Positions 20,357-30,624 of a DNA stretch of 64,000 nt are shown here, in pieces. Origin of the DNA: a virus. The stretch spans positions 3,156-67,155 of the IMG/VR virus record IMGVR_UViG_3300036830_000438; one strand, given 5' to 3'. Both the position numbers and the translations under genes were made by a program. The notes beneath the pieces are model-generated. The model ran no database searches and was not told the origin of the DNA. It was given only the letters and a program-made list of their open reading frames with translations. Position 1 is the stretch's first letter. Every line of letters begins with the position of its first letter.

Positions 20357-20814
20357 TGCCGCTCGGCGCCGGATTTTCTGCTGCAGGCTTCTCGCCCGGC
20401 GGCTTCGGCGATCTCGAAGAGGCGCCCGAGCCCGCCACGGACAACCTCATCGACGAAAACGGCGTCCAGCAAACGGCGCGAGCGATCGACGCCGCGACCG
20501 GCGAGTACATCCTGAATGCGAGCGGCCGCGCGCAAGGCATGCCTCGCGCTCGACAGCTCGTGCTCCTCCGCATCAAGACGCGTTTCGGCTCGGCCGCGAT
20601 CCCTGGCCTCGGAGTTCGCGATCAAGGTGGTGACCGCGACATCGTCGCCGAACGCAGGCTGAAAGCGGACCTCACCGCTGCCGTCGACGACCTAGTCCAA
20701 GCCGGAATCATCCGCGTGCTGTCGGTTGACGTCGCGGCGGACAGCCCAGTGCGCGAGCGCGCGCTGCTTCGCTGGGAAGACCTCACGACCGGCCAGCAAG
20801 AGAGCTTCCCGTGA
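20356..20814 (+). CDS. Baseplate wedge protein (gp46/gpW-like)
   Basis: TGATG coupling; LRIKTRFGS...PGLG motif. Confidence 0.7.
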   Translation: MPLGAGFSAAGFSPGGFGDLEEAPEPATDNLIDENGVQQTARAIDAATGEYILNASGRAQGMPRARQLVLLRIKTRFGSAAIPGLGVRDQGGDRDIVAERRLKADLTAAVDDLVQAGIIRVLSVDVAADSPVRERALLRWEDLTTGQQESFP

Positions 20815-22343
20815 CGTACCAGATCAACAAGCTCACCACGAAGACGTGGAAAGAGACGTACAACGACGCGCTTCGCACCGTCCGAAACGGAATGATCGCG
20901 CTCGGCATCTCGGACAACCCCCAGCTCGGGCCCGGCTCCGACGAGGAGCTCTGGGCGCGCGTTGCGGCGAACGAGACGCAACCGCTCTACGTGAACGCGC
21001 AGATCACCGCGGACGAGCAGATGCCGGACACGGCCTCGCTCACGGATCCGCCGACGCCCGTCGGCAAGGGACTCGTGCGGCTGATGGCGATCAAGGGACT
21101 CGCTCCGCGCGACGCGGTCGGCTCCGTCGGATTCATCGTGCTCGCGTGCTCGGTGACGACGTCGATCGCGAGCGCGACCAAACTCGTCGACGCGAACGGC
21201 CTTCGATACGAAGTGACCGCGTCGGGCACGTACGCGAACGGCGCGCTCGTGCCGATCCAAGCCGTCGATACCGGCGCCGTGACGAACCGCAGCGCGGGAG
21301 ACGTGCTTGTGTGGTACGGGACGCCCCCCGCGTTCTGCAACCCGAAGCAGAGCGTCGCGACGGGCGGCCTCACCGGCGGCAGCGATCAAGAGAACACCGA
21401 GACGGCGCGCTCGCGGCTCATCGATCGCGAGCAGAATCCGCCGGGCTCCGGAAACGCCGCACAGGCGATCGACTACGCGGAAAAATCAACGCCGCTCGTG
21501 CAAAAGGGCTTCTGCCACCCGGCGGTGAACGGTCCGAGCACGTGCCACGTCAGCGTGACGGCCGCGCCCACGACCACGTCGCAAAGCCGGCAGCTCAACG
21601 CGCTCGTTCTCGCGAACACCGTCGCGCCGTACGTCGCCGGCAAGATGCCCGAGTTCACCGAAGTCGTCGTCACGACAGTGCAGGACGACAGCGTCGACGT
21701 CGCTCTCGGACTCACGCTGCCGTCGTCGCCGCAAGCATCGCCCGCGGGCCCGGGCGGCGGCTGGATCGATGGGACGCCCTGGCCGGCCATCAGCGGCACG
21801 GGCAGCACCTATGTGAACGTCTCGGCAATCACAAGCTCGACGCAGTTCACGGTCACCGCGCCGACGGCGCCGACCGACGGCATTTCGCACATCTGCATGT
21901 GGGACCTCGTGCAAGGCAAGCTCCTGCGCGCGAAGGTGCTCTCTCACTCCGGAACGAGCGGCGCGTACGTCATCACGATCGACACGCCGTTTCCGAACCT
22001 CGCAGTGTCGAGCGGCGGCGACTCCGGCACGCTCATCTTCCCCGACGCGACGAACATGTCGACGTACGTCACGGCGTTTCTCACGGCGATGTCGCTTATG
22101 GGACCCGGCGAGAAGACAGCGAACGTCAGCGTGCTCGCGCGCGGCTTTCGGCATCCGCCGCCGCAGTCGTCGTGGCAATCCGCGCTCAACGCGACGCAGC
22201 TCAAGAAAGTCGAGGACACCGGCGACGAGGTGCTCGACACGGCTTGGTACTACCGCAGCACGATCACTCCGCCGCTTCCCGTGAGCGTGAGTAACGCGCC
22301 GCTCATCCTCGTGACTCGCAGGCTCGGGTTCTACCCGATTTGA
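20811..22343 (+). CDS. Baseplate J/gp47 family protein
   Basis: QAVDTGAVTN, LTGGSDQE...ARSRL...PPGSGN and GPSTCHV motifs. Confidence 0.9.
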   Translation: MTYQINKLTTKTWKETYNDALRTVRNGMIALGISDNPQLGPGSDEELWARVAANETQPLYVNAQITADEQMPDTASLTDPPTPVGKGLVRLMAIKGLAPRDAVGSVGFIVLACSVTTSIASATKLVDANGLRYEVTASGTYANGALVPIQAVDTGAVTNRSAGDVLVWYGTPPAFCNPKQSVATGGLTGGSDQENTETARSRLIDREQNPPGSGNAAQAIDYAEKSTPLVQKGFCHPAVNGPSTCHVSVTAAPTTTSQSRQLNALVLANTVAPYVAGKMPEFTEVVVTTVQDDSVDVALGLTLPSSPQASPAGPGGGWIDGTPWPAISGTGSTYVNVSAITSSTQFTVTAPTAPTDGISHICMWDLVQGKLLRAKVLSHSGTSGAYVITIDTPFPNLAVSSGGDSGTLIFPDATNMSTYVTAFLTAMSLMGPGEKTANVSVLARGFRHPPPQSSWQSALNATQLKKVEDTGDEVLDTAWYYRSTITPPLPVSVSNAPLILVTRRLGFYPI

Positions 22344-22353
22344 AGGCGACCGA

Positions 22354-22878
22354 ATGACGCTTCCGAACGTTGCCGACCCGAACGCCGACTACGGCATGCC
22401 CGATGGCGGCTTCGCCGACTATCTCAAGTCGCCGACCGATCCGACCACGGACTGGACGAGCGGCAATCCGCCCGACACGACTGGCACCGGCGGTCCGGGC
22501 GGCAATCAGCTGATCGTCGACGTCGCCGGCATGACGCGCACCGCGCGGCGATGCTGGGCGCGATTCGTCGCTGGCACATCGCCCACGATCGCGACGCACG
22601 ATGCGAACTGGGGCAACGACAGCGGCGTGAAGCCGCTCGTCGCGCATGGGAGCACGGGCGTTTTCACGCTGACGTGGCCGACGACGATCACCGACAAACT
22701 CGGCGTCATCCGGAGCGTCAATCTCCGTTACCCCGAGCGGCCCAACGTCGAAGGTGCGGTTCTCTACTTCGCGCAGGCAACGATGACGTCGCCGACGCTC
22801 ATGACGGTCTACGTGTTCAATTCCGCGGGCGCTGCGAACGACGCGACCGGCGTGACCATCTTCGTCGCGGCGGGGTGA
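22354..22878 (+). CDS. Putative baseplate/tail fibre-associated protein
   Basis: STGVFTLTW and VYVFNSAG beta motifs seen in fibre tip domains. Confidence 0.55.
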   Translation: MTLPNVADPNADYGMPDGGFADYLKSPTDPTTDWTSGNPPDTTGTGGPGGNQLIVDVAGMTRTARRCWARFVAGTSPTIATHDANWGNDSGVKPLVAHGSTGVFTLTWPTTITDKLGVIRSVNLRYPERPNVEGAVLYFAQATMTSPTLMTVYVFNSAGAANDATGVTIFVAAG

Positions 22879-22881
22879 CCG

Positions 22882-23583
22882 GTGCCGTCGTTCGGCGCGT
22901 TCTCTCCGTTCCCGTTTCGGTTCGGCGGCGGAAAGCCTCCGCTCGAGCACCGCGTGAACAGCGTGCTCGCGCAACTCGGCACGACCTACACGAAGGACAC
23001 GACGGGCATCGTGTGGCTCCGCGCGATGGCGTGGGCGCGCGTCTTTTGGGACGTGTGGGAGACCAATCAGCGCCTCGCGAATCAGTGGGATCCGCGTCGC
23101 ATGACGGACTTCCTCGGACGCTGGGAGAAGATCCTCGCGTTGCCCGTGGGTCCCGATGACTCGCTCAGCGTGCGGCGCGCTCGCGTCGGTGTTGCGAAGG
23201 CGCGCGCCGGTTACGCGAACGCGGCGGCGATCTTCTCAACCTCCCTCGCGTACCTCGGCGCGAGCGTGTTCGTCGGCATCATCACGAGCTCGAGCTCCAC
23301 CGCCGTCGTCTGGACGCCGAGCGGCTGGCCGATGGGCTCACACCCCGTCTTGCCGACGGACCCGGACTGGTACTCGACGGTCGCGTACGTCGCCGTGAAA
23401 GTTCAGAAGCCATCGACGATGGATGACGGCGAGTTCTACACGAAAGTCGGGAGCGTCCTCCCCGCGCTCGACGCGATCCTTCCGTCGTGGGTGACGTTCG
23501 ATTGGTACCGCGAAGACATCTCCGGTGCGTCGGGCTTCTTCCTCGACGACACACACAATCTCGACGACGAGGCCTTCGACTGA
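22882..23583 (+). CDS. Baseplate wedge protein (Mu gp48/DUF2313-like)
   Basis: DP.RMTDFLGRWEKILALP....S.RRAR and ILPSW motifs. Confidence 0.8.
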   Translation: MPSFGAFSPFPFRFGGGKPPLEHRVNSVLAQLGTTYTKDTTGIVWLRAMAWARVFWDVWETNQRLANQWDPRRMTDFLGRWEKILALPVGPDDSLSVRRARVGVAKARAGYANAAAIFSTSLAYLGASVFVGIITSSSSTAVVWTPSGWPMGSHPVLPTDPDWYSTVAYVAVKVQKPSTMDDGEFYTKVGSVLPALDAILPSWVTFDWYREDISGASGFFLDDTHNLDDEAFD

Positions 23584-23586
23584 CCC

Positions 23587-24792
23587 ATGTTCACACGAGT
23601 CAAAGGCGGCGGCTGGGCCGCGCACGAAAAGCTCACGAGCGCGCAGCAGAACCAACTCGACATCGATCACGCAAACGCGATCGATGGTGCGGGCGGCTCG
23701 GCTGGCACGCCGTACGCGCCCACGACGGCGATCGTCGTCGGCGGCGAGGGCATCGACCACGTCTACCTCGCTGACCTTCCGACGCTCAAAGCGATCGACA
23801 CGACGAGCATCGCCGATGGCGCCGTGCGTTGGGTGCTCAACCTCGGGCGCTTCAAGCTCGACAAGAGCGTCTACCCGACGTTCACGGAAGATCTGCCCCT
23901 CGTCGTGGCGCCGACGACCGGCACTGGTCGTTGGTTCGCGCAAGACGCGGGAGCGATCAACCAGTACGTACGCACGTTCACCGCGTCGGGAACGGTGACG
24001 TGGAAATGCCCGCCGAATCTCGCGCTCATCCTCGTCGAGCTCGTCGGCGGAGGTGCTGGCGGCGGCAATGGCGCGAACACTTCAAGCGCGACCGACGACG
24101 CTCCCGGCGGCGGCGGCGGCGGATCCGGCCTCCGCTTTCTCGGCGTTGTCGCACCGGTCGGGAACACAAATCACGACGTGACGGTGGGCGCGGGCGGCAC
24201 GGCGAACGTCGGCCTTGGCGGCGGCAACGATGGTCGCGACAGCTCGATCCAGGTTCATCTCGGCGTCGTCCTCGCGACCGCGAAGGGTGGGCAGGCGGGA
24301 TCGGGAACGCTCGCAAACGCGGGCGCCGTGCTTGTTCCGGGTGGCGCTGCCGGTGGCGCGAGTCTCGGCTCCCCGACGGCGATCCTTGGAACGCAAACGC
24401 TCTGGCCCGTCGCGTCGCTCGGCGCGGGTGGTCACACGACCAACGGCGTTGTCGCCGGGCAGCGCGGCGGCTCGTCGCCGTCGTATCTCGGTGGTGCCGG
24501 TGGTGCGAAGGGCACGACGGCCACGAACAAAGGCGGCTCCGGCGGTGGTGGCGGTGCGGCAGGCTTCGGCGGCGCAGGCGGCGCAGGCGGTGCGGGCGGC
24601 AACGGCACGGCGGGCGCAGCAGGCGCGCCGCAAAACGGCGCAGTCGGAACTTCCGCAGCTGCGAACACGGGCGCAGGCGGTGGCGGCAGTGGTGGCGCTG
24701 GAGCTGCCGGCTCTGGAAGTCCGACGATTGCCTCAGCGGGCAACGGCGGCAGCGGTTGGGTGACGATCCGCGGTTACGCGCGATTCAGTTGA
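23587..24792 (+). CDS. Glycine-rich tail fibre protein
   Basis: Follows wedge gene; TFTASG...VGGGAGGG...VTVGAGG...GGSGWVTI Gly-rich domain. Confidence 0.8.
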   Translation: MFTRVKGGGWAAHEKLTSAQQNQLDIDHANAIDGAGGSAGTPYAPTTAIVVGGEGIDHVYLADLPTLKAIDTTSIADGAVRWVLNLGRFKLDKSVYPTFTEDLPLVVAPTTGTGRWFAQDAGAINQYVRTFTASGTVTWKCPPNLALILVELVGGGAGGGNGANTSSATDDAPGGGGGGSGLRFLGVVAPVGNTNHDVTVGAGGTANVGLGGGNDGRDSSIQVHLGVVLATAKGGQAGSGTLANAGAVLVPGGAAGGASLGSPTAILGTQTLWPVASLGAGGHTTNGVVAGQRGGSSPSYLGGAGGAKGTTATNKGGSGGGGGAAGFGGAGGAGGAGGNGTAGAAGAPQNGAVGTSAAANTGAGGGGSGGAGAAGSGSPTIASAGNGGSGWVTIRGYARFS

Positions 24793-25228
24793 TCGTCGCG
24801 AGGCGACACGTGCCGTTGACGGTGTTCCAGCACTGCGCGCCGGTCGGCGGCGACTTGAGGCACGACGTCGGCCCGCTCGGACCGATCCAAACCCATGGTG
24901 ACGTCGCGTCACACGCGCGCGGACCATCCGATGTGATGCAGGCGCTCGAGTTCACGAAGCCGAACGTCCCGCCCATGATGTGGCAGGCGTTGCCGATCGC
25001 GCACGGCTGGTCGCTGCACTTCGAATAGGTGCCCGAGCCGTCGCTCCACTGAAACGGGTACTGCTCGCACGTCGAATAGCCCGCGTGGGGGTCGTTTGGA
25101 TCGATGGGTCCGATCTGGCAAACAACCTCGGTCGTGAGCGCTTGCGGAGCATTCGAGGTCGGATCGGGCGAAGAAGACGAACAGCCCACGAGCGCGACGC
25201 ACACGGCAGCCAACGACAAAGACCTCAT
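24785..25228 (-). CDS. Cys-rich lipoprotein (moron)
   Basis: Signal peptide with lipobox LVGC; about 10 Cys; antisense to the late operon. Confidence 0.75.
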   Translation of the reverse strand: MRSLSLAAVCVALVGCSSSSPDPTSNAPQALTTEVVCQIGPIDPNDPHAGYSTCEQYPFQWSDGSGTYSKCSDQPCAIGNACHIMGGTFGFVNSSACITSDGPRACDATSPWVWIGPSGPTSCLKSPPTGAQCWNTVNGTCRLATIN

Positions 25229-25275
25229 GTACGTACTCTAACCACGCAGACGTCGAGTCGAAAGCACGTTCACGG

Positions 25276-26028
25276 TCATTTACGATCACATCCGGGCTTG
25301 ATTGACAGTTTGCCATCGGGCGTAGTGACAAATGGTTCTTCGCATGGCGACGAAGACGCTTTGGGCGCGACGAGCACGACGGTTCGCGGCGGCGGCGCGC
25401 CAGGTTGCGCGGTTCCTGGATGGTTCTCCGGCACATCGAACATGCCGACGACGTCAACGGCTTTTCTCTCAACGTGAGCCGCGCTCTCGTAAGCGAAAAT
25501 ATCGAGCACGACCGCGCAGAGGCGCGCGTACGAGCCTGCCACGATTGAACCAACCGCACCCGCGGCACCAAACGAGAACACGTTGCCTGCGTCGCTTTGC
25601 ATGAGGCCCTCGAAGCTCGGCGCGGGAGTGGATCGGTCGACCTTGATCTCGATGATGCTTCCGGAGAAGCACACTCGCTTGCCGCGCTCCGCATCGATGT
25701 CGCGCGTTGCGAGGCCGTAGTTCGTCTCGTCCCGCTCGGTCGCAACGTCCGACCATCCCATGTGGACGGATGCCCATTGCGCCATGAGGTCCGCACCGGC
25801 GCTGTGCTGACCAGTCGCACGCTGACCAAACTGCGGCTTCACGAACACGAGCGCATCAAAGAGCGACCGCATGTCCATCACCGTCTTCGGCCTGGGCGCC
25901 ACGACGTCGGTCACGGCGATCGGCTCGACGGGCTGAGGTTGATGCGGCGGAAACGCCCACAACGCCACGCCAAACAGCGTCGCGCCGAGGATCAGAATCG
26001 CGAGTAGCCAACCAGTGCGTGCGGACAC
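25276..26028 (-). CDS. Membrane-anchored putative OB-fold protein (moron)
   Basis: N-terminal TM segment WLLAILILGATLFGVALW; GKRVCFSGSIIEI strand motif. Start uncertain (26028 or 26073). Confidence 0.65.
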   Translation of the reverse strand: MSARTGWLLAILILGATLFGVALWAFPPHQPQPVEPIAVTDVVAPRPKTVMDMRSLFDALVFVKPQFGQRATGQHSAGADLMAQWASVHMGWSDVATERDETNYGLATRDIDAERGKRVCFSGSIIEIKVDRSTPAPSFEGLMQSDAGNVFSFGAAGAVGSIVAGSYARLCAVVLDIFAYESAAHVERKAVDVVGMFDVPENHPGTAQPGAPPPRTVVLVAPKASSSPCEEPFVTTPDGKLSIKPGCDRK

Positions 26029-26082
26029 GGCGCGAGCGTACGCGCAGCCGCCGTCACGTCGCAACCAGAGCACGGAACACGA

Positions 26083-26862
26083 ATGACCTCAGCGATCTGC
26101 ACCGTGAACGGCCTCTCGACCGTCGGGGGCGTAGACGTCGCCGACGACCTCGGCACCGTCACGATCCAACTCGTCGACCTCGCCGCCGAAGAGTGGAGCA
26201 TCAGCGTCGTCGGAACCGACGACCTTGTCGCGACGCCGTCGCTCTCCATCAACTACACAACGAAAACGGCAACATTCACGAAGCCCGCAGGACCGTGGTC
26301 GCTCATCCTTCAGTCGCAGGTCGACAACGGCAAGGACATCAACCAAAAGCCGCAGCCGACGTACACGACGACGTTCAAGATCTCGGTGCTCGCGTCCGGC
26401 GCCCTTCGTCTCCTCGCAAGTAACGAGCGCGCCGAAGGATCGGCATCGTTCGGTTGGATCACCGTCTTCAACGCGCTCGTACATGCAGGCGGCGGATCAT
26501 CGAGTAGCGGCTTCTCGTCCGTACTCGCCATCACCGGCACGGGTACGACGGTTCTCACGCCGACGACGGGCCGAAACCTCGTCACGCTCGCCAGCGTCAC
26601 CGGCGCACTCGTCGCCGAGTTCCCCGCCGCCCCCACCGTCGGCTGCTCGTTCCTTTTCAAACTGAAGGACACGAGCATGACCCTCTCGAGCGGCGCGCAC
26701 ACGTTTCAGGTGAACGGCAACGGACATCACGTCGAATTCGAGGGCTCCAACGACGCAGGCGGCACGGACCTTTCGCCCGTGTTCGGAATTGACAACTTCG
26801 GGTCGCCTGGCGGCGGCGCGATTGAATACGCATGGGACGGTTCAACATGGCTCAGCGTCTAG
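26083..26862 (+). CDS. Tail fibre-associated protein
   Basis: C-terminal PAAPTVG...KD...VNGNG...WDGSTW fibre module. Confidence 0.7.
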   Translation: MTSAICTVNGLSTVGGVDVADDLGTVTIQLVDLAAEEWSISVVGTDDLVATPSLSINYTTKTATFTKPAGPWSLILQSQVDNGKDINQKPQPTYTTTFKISVLASGALRLLASNERAEGSASFGWITVFNALVHAGGGSSSSGFSSVLAITGTGTTVLTPTTGRNLVTLASVTGALVAEFPAAPTVGCSFLFKLKDTSMTLSSGAHTFQVNGNGHHVEFEGSNDAGGTDLSPVFGIDNFGSPGGGAIEYAWDGSTWLSV

Positions 26863-28085
26863 CGCCCCTCATCACGCTTCTTTGCGCGTCGTGCGTCTCG
26901 TACGTGCCGCAAGACTTTATGTCGGCGAGCGCGACGAAGAGCGCCGCGCCCAAGCTTGGATCGGTGACGCCGATCCAATTCGCGGGCGACCTCTCCGGCA
27001 ACTACTCGACGCAAAACGTCCTCAAGTGGCGGAACAAGTCCCTCGACGCGACGACGATGGGCGCGCCGACGGATGCGCAGATCCCGATCTACGTGAACGG
27101 GTCGAGCGCGTGGAAGTCCGTCACCATGTCGGGCGACGTCACGCTGAGCAATGCGGGTGTCGCGACGGTCGCGTCGAGCGCCAAGGGCATCACGCAGCTC
27201 ACGGGCGAAGTGACGGCCGGTCCTGGCTCTGGATCTCAAGCGTCAGTGGTGACCGGGCCGTTCTCACAATCCGCACTAGCGTGGGGGGCCGGCGTTTCGG
27301 CAGCGTCGCTCGGTACGAACAAAGCTGGCGCGACGCTATCGCTGCAAGCCGACGTCGGCGCGAACGTCATGCGGCTCGCTGGCGGCACGCAAAATGGTTT
27401 CGCGCTCGGCGCAAACCCTGCAACCGTCGGGCACTTGCGGTCGCCCAATAATTTTGTGTGGATGGCGCGCGACGCGTCGAACGGCAGCGACCTCGCCGTC
27501 GTCACATTGAACTCGTCCAACGAATTCATCTTTGGTGACCTTGCGTCGCAAGCCTCGTACATCGAAACGAACTGCTTAGCGAGCGGCGCAATTTGTCTTG
27601 CAGCAGCCGGCGGCTGGGGCCTGGAGTGGACGTCTGGTCAGCTTCTCAGCGTCAACGGCGGGCTTACGATCGGCACGCAACTCGGCGCATCATACATGAC
27701 GACGATCGTCTCTGGTAGTGGCGCAACGAATGTCGTTGCGTCAGCGACGGGCGGCGTCGGAACGGGCACCACCACTATCAACGGTGCCCTAAAGGTGACG
27801 ACGCGCACGATCACCGGCAACCTCACGATCGACACGACGACAACGGACAACATCGTCGTCGTCGACACGTCCAGCGGCGTCGTCTCCGTCACGCTCCCCA
27901 CGCCCACGAACGGGCGCGAGATAGAGCTGATTGACAAAAAGTCCACGTGGGGCACGAACGTCCTCACGCTCGTGCGCAACGGCTCTGAGAAAATAGACAA
28001 CGTCGCCGCGTCGCGCGTCGTCTCGACGTCCGGTGCGCGCTGCAAAGTGTGGAGTGACGGAACCGATTGGTACACGGGGTGCTAA
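26847..28085 (+). CDS. Tail fibre-like protein with possible signal peptide
   Basis: C-terminal VTLPTPTNGRE...IDK...GSEKID...SDGTDWY fibre module; hydrophobic N-terminus ending LLCASC. Confidence 0.7.
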   Translation: MAQRLAPLITLLCASCVSYVPQDFMSASATKSAAPKLGSVTPIQFAGDLSGNYSTQNVLKWRNKSLDATTMGAPTDAQIPIYVNGSSAWKSVTMSGDVTLSNAGVATVASSAKGITQLTGEVTAGPGSGSQASVVTGPFSQSALAWGAGVSAASLGTNKAGATLSLQADVGANVMRLAGGTQNGFALGANPATVGHLRSPNNFVWMARDASNGSDLAVVTLNSSNEFIFGDLASQASYIETNCLASGAICLAAAGGWGLEWTSGQLLSVNGGLTIGTQLGASYMTTIVSGSGATNVVASATGGVGTGTTTINGALKVTTRTITGNLTIDTTTTDNIVVVDTSSGVVSVTLPTPTNGREIELIDKKSTWGTNVLTLVRNGSEKIDNVAASRVVSTSGARCKVWSDGTDWYTGC

Positions 28086-28087
28086 AC

Positions 28088-29071
<984 letters not shown>

Positions 29072-29076
29072 AAGAC

Positions 29077-29454
29077 ATGCCCAACAACGACACGCCTTCG
29101 CCGCCCGACACGCCGCGTGACGGCATTCACTCCACGGTCGACGTGGGCTCGCTCGCCGAACGCGCGATCGACAAGGCGCACGACGCGAAGAAGATCGCGA
29201 TGCACGCCGACGACCGCTCGGCGGAAGCGCTGCAGCTCTCGAAGAAGCACGCCGAGATGATCGAGCTGCTCCCCGCGATGAACACGAAGCTCGAGCTCGC
29301 GCTCCGTCCGCGGGCCATTCACCCGATAGTGCAGGGCACCGTCGCAGTCGCGGCGATCTTCTGGACGCTCTTTCTCGGGTCGATCGCGTACACGCTCGTC
29401 CACCCGACGCCCGCGCGCGCGTCGGTGCCCGTCGTGGAGACGGCCAGGCGATGA
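29077..29454 (+). CDS. Membrane protein (coiled coil plus 1 TM; lysis region)
   Basis: C-terminal TM segment VAVAAIFWTLFLGSIAYTLV. Confidence 0.65.
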   Translation: MPNNDTPSPPDTPRDGIHSTVDVGSLAERAIDKAHDAKKIAMHADDRSAEALQLSKKHAEMIELLPAMNTKLELALRPRAIHPIVQGTVAVAAIFWTLFLGSIAYTLVHPTPARASVPVVETARR

Positions 29455-29774
29455 GCAATAAGAGCGATCCGCCGAAGCTCGACGAGCCGTTCAAAAAAGA
29501 GCTGGCCTCGTTCGCGCTCTCCGCATTCGACGATCCCGACGAGATCACGAAAACGACGCTCGCCGCCGCGCGGGCCATCATCGCCGACGGCAAGTCCAAC
29601 AGGCGAGACGCGGATTCGACGCGCTCCCTTCTTGCGATCCTCGGCGTCGTGTCGGACCTCCGCAAACAGCAACGGCAGCTCCGTCGCGCGTTCGCGATCG
29701 TCGCGCTCTTCGCGCTCGCGCTTTGGATGCTCGAGAAGTTCGGGCTGATTCAGTTCACGCTCGTTCACCACTGA
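29451..29774 (+). CDS. Membrane protein (1 C-terminal TM; lysis region)
   Basis: ATGA overlap; TM segment AFAIVALFALALWML. Confidence 0.65.
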   Translation: MSNKSDPPKLDEPFKKELASFALSAFDDPDEITKTTLAAARAIIADGKSNRRDADSTRSLLAILGVVSDLRKQQRQLRRAFAIVALFALALWMLEKFGLIQFTLVHH

Positions 29775-29914
29775 GTTCGACGCGGCATCGGGTGTAGCCC
29801 GCTGGTCCGCTCGTCCGAAGGCGAAGCGCGGCCTTGATCGCGCCCGTGAGGGGCCAAGCGGCAGCCAACGAAAAGCCCACCATCACCGCGCGCTTCGGCG
29901 CGCTGAGGACACGA

Positions 29915-30226
29915 ATGTATCGAGGCCCGATGACGTGCGCCTACTGCGGCGTCACGCAGCCCATCGATGCGTTCCCGCTTCTGCACTGGGCCGAGTGCCA
30001 CACGTGCTTTCAGAAACACGCTCAGGAGAGAACCATCATGAACCCGCTCAAGAACTTCGACTACAAACACGCGCTCGCGCTCATTGCGTGCGGCGCCGTC
30101 CTCGGCCTCGCTCAGGTGCCCGCGCTGAAGCCGTTCGACACGGTGATCTACGCGGTCGCAACGCCGCTCTTCCTCTACGCCGGCATGGCGCTTCCGCAAC
30201 TCGGCGGAAAGAAGGACGCGTCGTGA
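29915..30226 (+). CDS. Putative 2-TM holin with two in-frame starts (29915 and 30038)
   Basis: Both ATGs have an RBS (GAGGA; AGGAG). Two hydrophobic segments and a basic C-terminus GGKKDAS. Confidence 0.55.
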   Translation: MYRGPMTCAYCGVTQPIDAFPLLHWAECHTCFQKHAQERTIMNPLKNFDYKHALALIACGAVLGLAQVPALKPFDTVIYAVATPLFLYAGMALPQLGGKKDAS

Positions 30227-30624
30227 AGCGCCTCGCGATCCACGGTCTCCTATGCGCCATCGGTTGGGGCTGTCTTGCGATCACGACCGTGCGCGACGTG
30301 CGCGCACCGCGAGCCATCCCAGTGCTCTCGCTCGAAGCGTGCAGCGGCAATCCGCAGCAGGACGCGAACACCGCGAACGATTGGATCAACGGCTTCCTCA
30401 ACAGCGCGCAATACGCGTGCACCCAGCTCTCGTCGCTCACGAGCGCGCCCGAGCTCGCCGTCGCGTGCGGCATCATCAACATCGGCGACAAGCTCGCGCC
30501 TGCGGTGGAGCACTTCATCGAGTCGCTCATCCTCGGACGCCAAGCTGCGGTCGCGAAGGGCTTGATGTTCGATCGCGCTGGCGCGGTCTGGTTCAAGCCG
30601 GCGCTCGACGGCGGCGCGCAGTGA
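30223..30624 (+). CDS. Exported/membrane Cys-containing protein (spanin candidate)
   Basis: GTGA overlap; hydrophobic N-terminus with GWGC. Confidence 0.6.
   Translation: MKRLAIHGLLCAIGWGCLAITTVRDVRAPRAIPVLSLEACSGNPQQDANTANDWINGFLNSAQYACTQLSSLTSAPELAVACGIINIGDKLAPAVEHFIESLILGRQAAVAKGLMFDRAGAVWFKPALDGGAQ

Noticed and set aside
12124-23583. Tailocin, eCIS or T6SS interpretation of the contractile tail genes
   Set aside because: Terminase, portal, capsid, integrase and replication genes are all present, so this is a complete phage.
17490-23583. Mu-like transposable phage
   Set aside because: Only the tail and baseplate are Mu-like. No DDE transposase or MuB is seen, and a tyrosine integrase with attP is present.
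29789-29860. Third tRNA (begins CGGGTGTAGC)
   Set aside because: No TTCRA T-loop or matching acceptor 3' strand; treated as a structured leader instead.
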